Below, in pieces: positions 1 through 10,699 of a DNA stretch of 64,000 bases; position 1 is the first letter of the stretch, and every line of letters begins with the position of its first letter. Origin of the DNA: an uncultured Acidobacteriota bacterium (GTDB lineage Bacteria; Acidobacteriota; Vicinamibacteria; Marinacidobacterales; DATDRI01); NCBI GenBank assembly GCA_963697355.1, contig CAVONV010000035.1, positions 252,960-316,959 on the forward strand, read 5' to 3'. The position numbers and the translations under genes are program-made. The notes under the pieces are model-generated. The model was given only the letters and a program-made list of their open reading frames with translations. It was not told the DNA's origin and made no database searches.

Positions 1-155
1 GAGCTCTTCACCCGAATAACCTAGATACCCCACCGGTTCCGGAGCGTGATACCCGGGTAGCTCTATGTCCGCCCACGACCCTCCAATGGCCAAAGGAAAT
101 GTTTCCCTTTGAACACGGTGAGCTCCGCGCGCGTCTTCGATGGTAAACTCTGTCG

Positions 156-2576
156 TCAAATCTTGTCCTCGCATCGAACGACCAACGGTTCGGGCTCTTT
201 ACCCGCCACGACCGCTAGCTCGAGTCGCACATCCCGATAGCCGTTGCGCGTACCAACGACCGTGTACTTACCGGGACGAAGGTCCAATCGACGACGTTCA
301 AAAGTGCCGAAACGACCTACCCTATAGATTACGACTTCGGTCAATCCGTCCGAAACCAACTCCACCCGCATGGGCACCGACATCTTCGCCACCACTTCGT
401 TCAGATAGGCAATCTGCTGTCGTAATGTGGGACCGGCGGGCTCGATGGCTTCAGCGACACCGAGAATCGTCTTCGCCTCATCCAGAACTCCACCATCCGA
501 TAGACGCTCGGGATTATTGATGTGAAAATCCAGCCGATCCGAAAGATCGGCACGCTCATCGGTTCTTCGCTTGCCGAGTTGAGCAAACTGAACAGTAGCG
601 TCGAGATCCAGCACCTTTTGATACTGTTCCGAAGCCTGGCGCCATTGTTCCTGTTCTTCAAGAACTCGCGCTTTTTCTCCGTGCTCGGAGATAGCATCCA
701 AACGCTGGCCCTCTTCGACTTGCGCCAATCCATCGGCGATCCCCGGGCGGTTGGGTTTGATGGCGTTTGCCTGCTGAAACTCCTTTCGGGCCGTTTCGTA
801 GTCTTTGCGCTCGAGGGCCGCCATTCCATCGGACATGGCTTTTTGAAAGGCCTGCTCCGTGGCGCTCTTGTCGACCCGAGCCAATGCCAGTTGGACGGGC
901 CGTGAAAGAGAATCTAGTTGGGCGGCCTTCTTGTAGCTATCCGTCGCGCGACGAAGATCTCCGCGCCGCTCGTACTCCTCTCCTTCGGCAACGAGCATCA
1001 ATACCTCATTCAATACCCGAGCCCGCCCGAGTCCCGTCGCGGCTGCGGCATGTTCCGGCTCGATGGTCGCCGCCAAACGGAAGGCCTCTCCCGCCGCTTC
1101 GGCATCTCCGGACGTGAGCGCGCGTCCTCCCCGTTCCAAAGCATCTCGTAAGATAGACTTTGCACTCGAGCGTACCGCCGCCATGTATTGGCCCGCTTGT
1201 TCATAAGCCGCCATAGCCCCGCTGTAGTCCTGGGATCGAAATCGAGCATCACCGTCTGAGATGGACTTGAGGGCGAGCCGGAAATCCTCCCCCCCCCAAC
1301 TCGATGCGCCACTGGACTCCAAAATCTCCTTCTGCCGCAGGACACGTTCGAGAATCTGCTCGGCCTGACTCTCGAGCACCGCCCGTTCCTGCAAGTCTTC
1401 TATCGGAGATGGGGAAAACTCCGCCCTCGGTTCCGAGGGGTCGGACCCCGTGACCGTTTCTGAATCCCGAGCGGGGGTTTCGCTTTGGGTCGGAACCTTG
1501 CGCTCGCTCACCCATTGAGGAAGGAAAAAGAACACAAATGCCGCCACGAGCAGAAGTCCCGAAAACAAAGCGATGGTCGGCCAGCCCATGCTCGAGCGCG
1601 GGAGCGCGTTCGGCGAACGTTCGCCCGAAGGGGCTCGAGAACCTTGTGGGTCTGAGGCATCATTGATAGGGCGGTAGGCCTCGGGCGAAACACGACTCGA
1701 GACTCCGATGCGCGGTGGCGGCCGGACCTTAATGTCCTTTCTGGGCACCGCTGGAATCTGTGTTTCTTTTTCGGCGAGTTCGCGTTCCACCGTTGTCAAG
1801 ACCGACTTCACCGCACCCATATCTGCAGGTCGGCTGCTCGGCTCTTTTTTCAGTAAATCCGAAACGAGTGACTGAAGTGTTTCGGGAATCGGGTAGGCCG
1901 ATTTCATCGGAGCCGGTGTTTCGGAGCGAATCCGTTCTCTCGTGATGTCGGGCCAAAATGGTGGCTCACCCGTCACGAGCTCGTAGAGCAAGACTCCGAA
2001 AGCGTAGATGTCGTCCGCGGGTTGAGGCGCGTCCCCATCCACCTGTTGCGGACTCATGCTGTATCGAGAACCGCCACCGGAGAGAGTGATCTCACCCGGC
2101 GCCGGCTCGAGAAGCCCTGCGATGCCAAAATCCAGCAGCCGCGGTTGACCTTTCGCGCCGACGAGTATGTTCGAGACCTTGAGATCGCGGTGGATGACTC
2201 CTTGACGGTGGGCATAGTCGATGGCATCAGCAATCGGCAGGAGCAACCCGATAATCTCGGCGGGAGGCTTTCCACGATATCGACCGAGATCCTCTCCTTC
2301 GACATGCGCCATGGTAATGAAGCTCACTTCGTCTCCACGATGAAACTCGAAGACGGGAACGATGTGGGGATGAACTAAGCGTCGAGCGTGACGGCATTCC
2401 CGGCGGAGTAGGTGGCGACGTTCCTCGGGAGCATCGGGCGGGACGATTTTCGCCACCACCTGCTCCTCGAGCTCACCATCATCGACGAGCCATACCTCAC
2501 CCATTCCCCCTTTCCCAAGAAGACGGCGAAGGGTGAAGCGCTCATTTAGTTTCTGACCTTGGGCCAGCTCGTACAT
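156..2576 (-). CDS. Hanks-type Ser/Thr protein kinase with one TM segment and a C-terminal TPR-like helical repeat region
   Basis: 806-aa ORF. Kinase motifs are present: GKGGMGEV (Gly loop), VAKI (Lys), HRDLKVSNIL (catalytic loop), DFG and GEPPF. A hydrophobic stretch (IALFSGLLLVAAFVFFFL) follows the kinase domain. An A/E/R/L-rich repeat region lies after it. Confidence 0.9.
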   Translation of the reverse strand: MYELAQGQKLNERFTLRRLLGKGGMGEVWLVDDGELEEQVVAKIVPPDAPEERRHLLRRECRHARRLVHPHIVPVFEFHRGDEVSFITMAHVEGEDLGRYRGKPPAEIIGLLLPIADAIDYAHRQGVIHRDLKVSNILVGAKGQPRLLDFGIAGLLEPAPGEITLSGGGSRYSMSPQQVDGDAPQPADDIYAFGVLLYELVTGEPPFWPDITRERIRSETPAPMKSAYPIPETLQSLVSDLLKKEPSSRPADMGAVKSVLTTVERELAEKETQIPAVPRKDIKVRPPPRIGVSSRVSPEAYRPINDASDPQGSRAPSGERSPNALPRSSMGWPTIALFSGLLLVAAFVFFFLPQWVSERKVPTQSETPARDSETVTGSDPSEPRAEFSPSPIEDLQERAVLESQAEQILERVLRQKEILESSGASSWGGEDFRLALKSISDGDARFRSQDYSGAMAAYEQAGQYMAAVRSSAKSILRDALERGGRALTSGDAEAAGEAFRLAATIEPEHAAAATGLGRARVLNEVLMLVAEGEEYERRGDLRRATDSYKKAAQLDSLSRPVQLALARVDKSATEQAFQKAMSDGMAALERKDYETARKEFQQANAIKPNRPGIADGLAQVEEGQRLDAISEHGEKARVLEEQEQWRQASEQYQKVLDLDATVQFAQLGKRRTDERADLSDRLDFHINNPERLSDGGVLDEAKTILGVAEAIEPAGPTLRQQIAYLNEVVAKMSVPMRVELVSDGLTEVVIYRVGRFGTFERRRLDLRPGKYTVVGTRNGYRDVRLELAVVAGKEPEPLVVRCEDKI

Positions 2577-2599
2577 GGGGCTGGATGGGGACGACGGCC

Positions 2600-3895
2600 T
2601 CAGTGTTGGATCGGACCCACTGGGTCCGTCGGCTTCTGAGCATTGGGATCAACAGGAAGGCCCGTCTCGGACTCGAAGATCTGTCGCAGAAGCTGACGCC
2701 AAGTAGCGTATTTCGTCTCTACCGATCCCGTCAGCCGCATGACTTCACCTTCCACGTCGACGAGAAGAGGAGCCACATCCGAGTCGAGCGAAGCTGCCAG
2801 CTCGCGAAGAGCTTCCGCATGCATCTTGGATTCTTCACCCTTCGCGAAACCATCTTGAAGGGCCGCAATACCACCGATGACGGCCACCTCCCCAGCGGTA
2901 TGTCCCGCTCGACCACCCTTTCCGCTCGCCACAATCCCACCGATGATAGCGGCAGCGCCTAGGATCTTCTCCCACCGAGCGGCACTCCTTAGCTTGTCGA
3001 GGGCGACCTGTTCTTCATAACTGTATGCACGCCAGTGGTCATAAGGCTCATCCATCCGGTCGTAGAAATCCGCGTAGTACTCGTTGAGAGCGTCGATGAA
3101 CATGTGATCTCTTTCGCGGATGGCCGCGAGACGATTCATCATCGGGTCCTCGCTGGCCGGGAGTTTTTCGATGTCGTACCGACCCTTATCATCGACCTTT
3201 AAATAGTCGTCGAACCGAGTAGGCGCCAAGTCCACGGCAAACCGGAGCTCTGAGACCATTCGCACTTCGTTGAGGTAGTCATCCTTCTTTTTCCTGAGGG
3301 ATTTCAACAAGTCGTTGGCGATTTGGTTGTAGAGGCTTTGATAGGGGTCTTGCATGCCGAACTTGCCTTCCATGTATGCATTGAGATCCGCCTCTCGCTT
3401 GTATCTCTCGTCGAGCCACTCCTCGCCCATGGCGTCCACGGCCTTGATGATGAGCTTCAGCTCCTTTCCGTTGGATTTCACTATTGTCCCACTTACCCTG
3501 AGATCGACAGCGTTTGCGCCAGGCACCAATCGGACCGCGCCCCAAAAGCCGCTGGACTGCAAGGTCCGCATGAGATTCATTGGGATGTATCGTGCTTCCG
3601 ATTTTCTGACGTCGGCGAAGATTCCTTTTTCAGTGAGCTCACCTATCGCCAGCGGATCTTCCGGCAGGCCGGGATCGAACAGTTGGATGCCAACATCGAG
3701 TAGACTCTCCTCTCGGACCTCCGCCTGGGCTTGTATCAATTCGACCGGGTCCTTCTTGCCCGCCCAAACCTCCGGAGCCACGACCGCCATGAGCAACCAA
3801 CTGCTCACCGCTCCCCAGAGAATCCAACCTATCCTGCTCATCATTGTCCTCCCGACTCGAGCACCAAACATTGTAACCCTACTTCTTCTTCCCAC
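2600..3895 (-). CDS. hypothetical secreted or membrane-anchored protein with a glycine-zipper segment
   Basis: 431-aa ORF. N-terminal hydrophobic signal-like segment (MMSRIGWILWGAVSSWLLMAVVAPEVWA); the alternative start is near 3844. C-terminal GxxxG-rich stretch (GAAAIIGGIVASGKGG...VIGGIAAL). Its stop lies 24 nt before the kinase start, so it is co-oriented in an apparent operon. Confidence 0.55.
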   Translation of the reverse strand: MGRRSRVTMFGARVGRTMMSRIGWILWGAVSSWLLMAVVAPEVWAGKKDPVELIQAQAEVREESLLDVGIQLFDPGLPEDPLAIGELTEKGIFADVRKSEARYIPMNLMRTLQSSGFWGAVRLVPGANAVDLRVSGTIVKSNGKELKLIIKAVDAMGEEWLDERYKREADLNAYMEGKFGMQDPYQSLYNQIANDLLKSLRKKKDDYLNEVRMVSELRFAVDLAPTRFDDYLKVDDKGRYDIEKLPASEDPMMNRLAAIRERDHMFIDALNEYYADFYDRMDEPYDHWRAYSYEEQVALDKLRSAARWEKILGAAAIIGGIVASGKGGRAGHTAGEVAVIGGIAALQDGFAKGEESKMHAEALRELAASLDSDVAPLLVDVEGEVMRLTGSVETKYATWRQLLRQIFESETGLPVDPNAQKPTDPVGPIQH

Positions 3896-4820
3896 TCGTG
3901 CCCTGCTTGTAAGTTCGATACTCGTCCCAAAGCTTTTCTCGAAGCTCGGGGTCTTCCTCTTTCATTGCCGCTTCACGAAGCTGACGGGCTACGATATCGT
4001 CATTGCTGCCGTCGCCCACGTCCGGCGGAACCCGATCGTCGCGTTGGTCGTCGGTCTCGTCACCCATCGGAGCCCCCGGAGCCGACTCCACTGGATCCGC
4101 CTGAGGTCTATCCGGCGACCCACCGGTGGCACCGCCAGCCTCAGCGCGATCCGAGCCCTCGAGCTCTCCCGTCTCCGACTCACCGCCTCCGCCGGCCTCG
4201 TCACCCGCAGCACCGCCTCCGCCGGCGGGATCGACGGCTGAATCCTCTCTTCGCTCTTCCAGAAGCTCCTGCTCCTTTAGTAAGAGCTCGTCGAACTCCG
4301 ACAAGGACTTGTCCAACTTGCCCTCGAGCCCGGCCTGTTTTTCGCCGGCCGTCTGCACCCCCCCTTGGGCGCCTTCGCTGGGTTCAGGCCCGCTCGCGCT
4401 CGGCGCGCCCCCGGAAGAGGTCGACGCTCGGGAGACTTCAACTTGACCTCGAGCGCCACTTTCCGTGGATTGGGATGCGGCCTTTTCTGCGCTCGACGCG
4501 GCTGATTCCGATGCTCCAGTCACCTCCGAGGCAGACGGTGCTTCGTTCGAAGAAGCCTCCGGAGATCCGGTCTCGCTAGAAGGTGTCGAAGGCGGTTCGG
4601 TTTCCGGCTCGGAAGGCGGTTTCGAGGTCTCGGATGAGGGCACCGAAGGCGGTTCTGGAATGGGAGGAACCGTCGGAACACTTGGGCTTCGCGAGGCGCA
4701 GCTTGCCGACACGAGGGCCATAGCCACCGCCAGCACCACGTTCAAAGTCACTGCGAACGATTCCCTTCCCCACAAATGGGATGTTACGAGGGGCATCGCC
4801 ACCGAGCGAAATCCTCTCAT
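3879..4820 (-). CDS. low-complexity acidic Pro/Ser/Glu/Gly/Ala-rich secreted protein (mucin-like)
   Basis: 313-aa ORF with N-terminal hydrophobic region and a Cys (LVSASC). Long PSE/PET and GGGAAG tracts. Conserved-looking charged C-terminal tail (DDIVARQLREAAMKEEDPELREKLWDEYRTYKQG). Overlaps the next gene by 17 nt. Coding status is plausible but compositionally biased. Confidence 0.45.
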   Translation of the reverse strand: MRGFRSVAMPLVTSHLWGRESFAVTLNVVLAVAMALVSASCASRSPSVPTVPPIPEPPSVPSSETSKPPSEPETEPPSTPSSETGSPEASSNEAPSASEVTGASESAASSAEKAASQSTESGARGQVEVSRASTSSGGAPSASGPEPSEGAQGGVQTAGEKQAGLEGKLDKSLSEFDELLLKEQELLEERREDSAVDPAGGGGAAGDEAGGGGESETGELEGSDRAEAGGATGGSPDRPQADPVESAPGAPMGDETDDQRDDRVPPDVGDGSNDDIVARQLREAAMKEEDPELREKLWDEYRTYKQGTSGKKK

Positions 4821-5050
4821 TGAGACCCACCTCCCCTCAGAAACCCTGTCTCATAGTACATCAATATGCAAATCGAGGGCCAGAGCTCACTGAAAGCGAC
4901 CAATCCCCATAAAATATTGATTCGAATGACTTTGAATAAGATCGTCCCCATCCTGCCACAAAATTAGTTCCGGGGAGCACCGATCAATCGAGGACGCCGA
5001 CGTCCGTCACCGATGACAAGGACTAGCCGATCGGTTAGCCCGTCGGTCCA

Positions 5051-5123
5051 GAACTCGAGAACTCAAGGACCCGAGCACCCAAGGAGGAGAGGTATTTCTC
5101 GGGTACTTGGGTACTTGGGTACT
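5051..5123. repeat. simple-sequence array (GAACTCGAGAACTCAAGGA ... GGGTACTT x3, 8-bp period) in a divergent intergenic region
   Basis: Direct reading: gaactcgagaactcaagga at 5051-5069 and ctcgggtacttgggtacttgggtact at 5098-5123. The motif is related to TTGAGTTC arrays elsewhere in the window. Confidence 0.7.
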
Positions 5124-5272
5124 ATTCTCCGTCCGATTGTATCTTCCCATGGCAGGTGCTACGCTCAACGTTCCCCCAATTAGCGGGTACCTCCAACTCG
5201 TCCCAAGAAGCCGCATACCGCGTCGCCTCGGCCGGGTTCCAGGAATCCCACTGAGAGGAAAATAAGGCTGCG

Positions 5273-8105
5273 ATGAGAATCGTCCTGTGCCTCGTGTTCT
5301 TTCTCTCCGGAGCGGCGGGCTTGATCTTCGAGACCCTCTGGTTCCGGATGGCAGGATTGACCTTTGGCAACAGTGTCTGGGCATCGAGTCTGGTTCTGGC
5401 GAGCTTTATGGGAGGCCTGGCCCTCGGTAACGCCATTTCCGCCCGTTTTGGATACCTGCTTCGTCGACCCCTTCTCACTTACGCCGCTATCGAAGTCATC
5501 GTGGGTCTTACCGGATGGGGACTGGTGTTGGCGTTCCCCTATTTTCCGGAGCTCTTTGCACCCTTGTTCCGCCCGTTACTCGGTCAGCTCGTGTTCTTGA
5601 ATCCTCTGCGTCTCGGGATTGCCTTTGCACTTCTGCTCATCCCAACGACGGCCATGGGGATTACGCTTCCCTTGATGGTGAAGGCTCTCAACCGAAACAA
5701 TCCCGGATTCGGCAGAGCGCTGGGGCAGCTCTATGGTTGGAACACTTTGGGGGCCATGACGGGAGCTATCCTTGGCGAAGAGATCTTGCTCGGGCTCTTG
5801 GGTATCAAGGGCACCGCACTGGCGGCCGCGTCGCTCAATTTCTTGGCCGCTCTGGCTGCACTGAGATTGCGACGGCGGTATGACCCCGCGCGACAGCAGA
5901 AGCAAGAAGACAAACCGCGAGGCAATACACTGCGGAGACTCACATCGACCGAGTGGCGGATACTCGCGGCCGCATTTCTCACCGGTGGGATACTCCTATC
6001 GCTCGAGGTCGTGTGGTTCCGATTCCTGCAGCTCTTCGTTCCTTCTACTCACCGAAGTTTTGCCATTATGATCCTGGTCGTTCTCTTCGGGATCGGCGCG
6101 GGCTCGCTGGCGAGCTCTTTGTGGCTGCGGTTCCGCCCCAAGGCTTACCGCTTGTATTCTCACCTAGCTCTCGTGGCAGGTCTTTTGACACTTTGGTCCT
6201 ACATCCTTTTCGAGAGCATTCCGCAACGGTATAACGGGGCCACCTTGGGCAGTTTCACCGATACGTTGGAAATCTCGGCTTATCTCATGCTCGCCGTTTC
6301 GTTCCTTTCCGGACTGTTGTTCACCTTCTTGGGAAGGACCTTCTTCGAGACATGTCAAAGAGGAGACTCGTGCGGTGGGCCTTGTGACCCTAGCCAATAC
6401 CTTGGGAGCGACCCTTGGTGCCCTCTCTCGCCGGATGGGCCTTGCTCCCAAGATTGGGAATCGAGCATTCCATCTTTTTACTGGCCGTCCTCTATTTCGT
6501 CGCAGGTGCTTTGCCGCGCCCCATCAAACCTTGGAGGCTCGAGACCGGCCACGGTTCGCACGAGTCTCGCCGTCCTACTATTGGCTTACCTTACCTCGAC
6601 GGCGCTCTACCCGTTCGGCCTCATGAAGAATCATTTCGTTCCCATTGTGGCGAATCGGTTCTCGCAGGGTGATGCCTCCGATCATCGACTACCGAGAAGG
6701 ATTGACCGAGACCATCGTTTTTACTCAAAAAGACTGGTTGGGTGAGCCTTATTCGAAAAGGCTCATCACCAACGCCTACTCCATGTCGGGAGTCGATCTG
6801 CCACCCATTCGCTACATGAAGTACTTCGTCTATTGGGCGCTGGCCTTCCATCCAAAGGTCGAGAAGGCCCTTTTGATCAGCTACGGTGTAGGCTCCACCG
6901 CTAAAGCCATGACGGATTCAACGGAAATCGAACAAATCGATATCGTCGACATCTCCCGAGACATCCTCAACGCGAACAGCATCGTCTACCCCGACCCTCG
7001 GGAGCTGCCCCTGAACGACCCCCGGGTGACGGTCTTCATCGAGGACGGCCGATTCTGTTTGCTGACTTCCACCGAGACCTACGATCTCATCACGGCGGAG
7101 CCCCCGCCTCTTTCGACCGCAGGTGTCATCAACCTCTACACCCAGGAGTATTTCCAGCTTCTTCGCAACCGTTTGAACGAAGGCGGATTTACGACCTATT
7201 GGCTTCCCGTCGGGGATCTGTCCATGGACGATTCCAAGTCCGTCGTGAAGGCCTTTTGCAGTGTTTTCGATGACTGCTCCCTGTGGCGAGGAGCAGAGCT
7301 CGATCTCATCATGGTCGGCTCGAAGAACGCACGTGGACTCATCGAACGAGCGTCCTTTGAACGACAGTGGAGAGATCCCAAAGTCGCCCGCGAGCTTCAG
7401 ATACTCGGGATCGAGACGCCGGAGTTGTTGCTGTCGACCTTCCTCGGCGATGCTTCATTCTTGGCCACCTGGGCTGGAGATCAACTTCCCTTGGTGGACG
7501 ACTTTCCTCATCGTCTCAGCGGCAAGGAGCCCGACTTCAGTGTCTACGATTTGCTCTTGGACAACCAAGACGCACAGGAGCGATACCGGAACAGCAGCTT
7601 CCTGAAACAGCGCTTGCCGCCACCTCTGTTCGAAGCCGGACTGGCCCAGTATCCTTACCAGGCCATCATCGACTACTCTCTAAATGAATATTTCGCTACA
7701 AGAAGAAGCCTACAGCTCGAGGAATTGAATCTCATCTTGACGGAGACGAACCTACGGACACCGGCTCTCTGGCTCCTGGGAGACTACACGGAGTTCAGTG
7801 GAATCATTGAGGCCCTCGTCGAGCGAAACGTCACCCATGAACAGGTCGAGCTTTACTTGGGGTTTCGCGAGATGGCCGATCGCAACTACGTTGCCGCTGA
7901 ACGTCATTTCGATAGATCCCAAGTCTTGGGTGGGGGCAACATCAACCTGCACTACTACCGTATCCTTGCCCTGGCCTACGCCGGTGATCAACAACAAGCA
8001 GAACAACTGGCAAGGGAGCTTCGTTCGAAGCAGGGTCCGATGCGGAACGATAGTCGTTTTTGGGAATTCTGCGCGAACACCCTGGGCCTCGATACTTCGA
8101 ATTAG
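5273..8105 (+). pseudogene. fused polytopic membrane domain + spermidine synthase-like (PABS/SpeE-fold) protein; reading frame broken by several frameshifts between ~6350 and ~6700
   Basis: ORF 5273-6745 encodes about 9 hydrophobic helices up to ~6350 and then turns into non-protein-like text. Membrane-like peptides continue in the other two frames: VGLVTLANTLGATLGAL, IEHSIFLLAVLYFVAGALP and RTSLAVLLLAYLTSTALYPFGLM. ORF 6645-8105 carries the SpeE-like core (DIVDISRD..., YDLITAEPPPLSTAGVINLYTQEYFQ). The combined length of about 944 aa fits the fused family. Confidence 0.6.
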
Positions 8106-8224
8106 AAAACCTGATTTCTCCCTTGCCCGTTTCCGTTGCCGTTACCGTGCCCGATTGACTTCGAATAAGCGACCATTCGTTTCAGGAGAACCACGACATC
8201 AAACACTGTCCCCTTTTGTTCCTG

Positions 8225-10333
8225 TCACCGCCTGCGCAATACTTCGAACCATTTCAAGGTGTCAGCCACCCGCTCCTTTCCGTCGAGGGGTTGCGGGGGC
8301 ACATCATCAAGATCCACTACTGGGTCAAAGCTCTCTGCTAGTTCCAGATAGCGATCGGCTAAATCAGTGCGTCCAAACTGTGCTTCGTACAGTGCTCTTG
8401 CATAGATGTTTCTCGCATAGAGCTCCGCCAGCTTGGTCGTATATACGGATACTCTCCCTTCGACAGGCTGGTAACGAAACTCGGGAAACTCCTGAGGCAG
8501 GTAGGCGGGGTCCTTCACGAGTTGAAAGGTCAAGTAATGCGGTCGTCGCAAATAGTCTTCGCCTACATCGGATCGCACTTCCGAAGTCACTAGAACCGGA
8601 CGCTCGTCGATGTGCTTATGGATCATGGCGTTCATCAGTCTTTTGTAAGCGGATTCAATCGTCGCGGCCTTGTAGGGTAATCCATGCTCGAACTTGAAGA
8701 GCTCCTTGCGGAAAATGGATGTTTCTTCATCTACACTTGCCATGAACCGGGGGTTGGCTCTCTCGAGTTGGGCCAGATACCAAGACCGGCGCAAGAGCTC
8801 AGGGTCGATGACCAGTACGTCGGGACGCAGGTTCTCTACCGCTTGCAGATACCAACTCCCGGCCACCCAGAAATCCCACTGGGCCGACAAAACGATGGCG
8901 TTTTGGGGAAGGTTCTCGAGGATGTCGCGGGCCATGTTCTCGACCAACATGTTGTTGCTCTCGTTGCACTCGGAATAGTTGGACACACCAGTCGCGACGA
9001 CCAAGAGCACAGCCGCAGCTAGAGACGCTTTTCCTCCGATCCTCCTATGCAACCAACTCAATCCCAAAACCACCCAGAGGCCCAAGGCAAAAACGGCGGT
9101 CAAGTAATAGGGACGGATCTCCATGATGTCGTAGCCAGCGGCATAGACCACACTCGTCACGAACAGCAGCGTCACCATGACAATGAGCGCCCCTTGACGC
9201 TCAGCGCCCCCGTCCCAAACCGCCCATCCCGCAGCGACTAATATAATGATGACGAGGGGCCAGACTCCGTGAGAGCCGGCAAGGAACCACAGATAAACAC
9301 TGCTCGTAACCAGCACTGCCATCGACCACAAAGCAAGTCGAGCTCGATGCCCCGCTAAGGCGAATATGCCCACGACAGCGAGGAGCAACCCCAGGTAACC
9401 GACCTCTCCCGGTAGCTCGGCAAAGAAGTAGGCCGTTTGTTGCTTGAACGTCTCTGGGTTGGTGAACATCCAAACCCGATACTGCCGGCCCGTCACATGG
9501 TCCAGGAACCTTTTCAAAGTCGACGGGTCGCCCCAGTTGAAAAGGGGCATCATCGAAGCACGCAAGGGGAGCCAGAGATAGGGTAAAAGACCTAGAAGAA
9601 AGAACGGAACCAACCACAGCAGTCGTCTGAAGGACCTCCAATGAACGCCCAGGGCCCCGAAGAAGTAGAACAGGAACGCCGGGGCCAACAAGACGGTCGT
9701 CAAGTGGTTAGTAAAGGAAAGACCGAGGACACCTCCAAACCAGGCCCCTCGCTTCGAATATCCAACAGGCGCACTATCACGTTGCTCGTCGACGTAACGT
9801 AGGAACAAAAGCGTGACCAACGGCACGAGGAGAGCATGAAGCGAATAGACTTCGAACCCGTTCCCCTGACTCCACCAAGTGAGCGTCAAAGACGTAGAGA
9901 GTGCCCCAAAAGCAGCGTAGGTCGCACACCAACGACCCGTGAGAGGTTTGCCACGACGAGCTTCGACGAATTCCTTCCTCTTCTTCTTTTTTTTCTTTTT
10001 TGGGAGGACGGATGACGCGTCCCAATCCTCAACACGTGTCGCCACTTCACAAAAGAGGAGACCCAAGACCATCGTACTCGCCGCCACGAGCAGTGCAGCC
10101 ATGATGTTGAGGGCCACGACATCTCTCATTGGGAGCATTCGAGTAAAGAGATAACCGAGGATCATCACGGTGGGGTACCCGGTCGGGTGGGCAATGCCCA
10201 GGGTCGAGACCACCGCCACCATCTCGCCCTTGTCGACGAATCCAAACGATGGCGACAAGGTGACCAGATAAACGCCGAGCGAGAGAAGGGCCGCAAGTGC
10301 AGCTGCTTTGGCCGGCGTCACCTTTACATTCAT
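8225..10333 (-). CDS. DUF2723 (TMEM260-like, GT-C fold) polytopic membrane protein with C-terminal helical repeats
   Basis: 702-aa ORF. N-terminal LGVYLVTLSPSFGFVDKGEMVAVVSTLGIAHPTGYPTVMILGYLF matches the DUF2723 signature region. More than 10 predicted TM helices. Contains an inserted poly-Lys stretch (KKKKKKKRKE). Confidence 0.75.
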   Translation of the reverse strand: MNVKVTPAKAAALAALLSLGVYLVTLSPSFGFVDKGEMVAVVSTLGIAHPTGYPTVMILGYLFTRMLPMRDVVALNIMAALLVAASTMVLGLLFCEVATRVEDWDASSVLPKKKKKKKRKEFVEARRGKPLTGRWCATYAAFGALSTSLTLTWWSQGNGFEVYSLHALLVPLVTLLFLRYVDEQRDSAPVGYSKRGAWFGGVLGLSFTNHLTTVLLAPAFLFYFFGALGVHWRSFRRLLWLVPFFLLGLLPYLWLPLRASMMPLFNWGDPSTLKRFLDHVTGRQYRVWMFTNPETFKQQTAYFFAELPGEVGYLGLLLAVVGIFALAGHRARLALWSMAVLVTSSVYLWFLAGSHGVWPLVIIILVAAGWAVWDGGAERQGALIVMVTLLFVTSVVYAAGYDIMEIRPYYLTAVFALGLWVVLGLSWLHRRIGGKASLAAAVLLVVATGVSNYSECNESNNMLVENMARDILENLPQNAIVLSAQWDFWVAGSWYLQAVENLRPDVLVIDPELLRRSWYLAQLERANPRFMASVDEETSIFRKELFKFEHGLPYKAATIESAYKRLMNAMIHKHIDERPVLVTSEVRSDVGEDYLRRPHYLTFQLVKDPAYLPQEFPEFRYQPVEGRVSVYTTKLAELYARNIYARALYEAQFGRTDLADRYLELAESFDPVVDLDDVPPQPLDGKERVADTLKWFEVLRRR

Positions 10334-10699
10334 CGAAATCGAATTCTAACTCCAATTCCACGTTGCTTGCTTGCATTGGAACTGCTTACAGAATTGCCGA
10401 TTCTTGATTTCGACGATTTCGAGCTCATACGACAGGTCGTCCGTTTGGGACGGGACACAACGGCCGACATCCCCGATCTGCTGATTGGACTCTCAGGAAA
10501 GAGCGCCGGGTGCGAAACCACCCTGACGTTTGAAAAAGGACTGGACCGAACGGGATTGTTCGAGCGCATCGCATAGCAGCTCATCAATCGACGGGTCTCC
10601 CTCCCACTGCAAACCTCCACTTCAGTTTTGTTTTCAACGCTTCAAAGAGGTTGGCACTTTCCGAGGCCCTCTGGTATTTTTACTTCCGCGGAGGGAACC

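Noticed and set aside
3354-4579. Plus-strand ORFs 3354-4241, 3731-4579 and 4126-4446
   Set aside because: Antisense to the minus-strand operon. Extreme Pro/Arg/Ser bias mirroring the GC-rich codons of the real genes. No start context.
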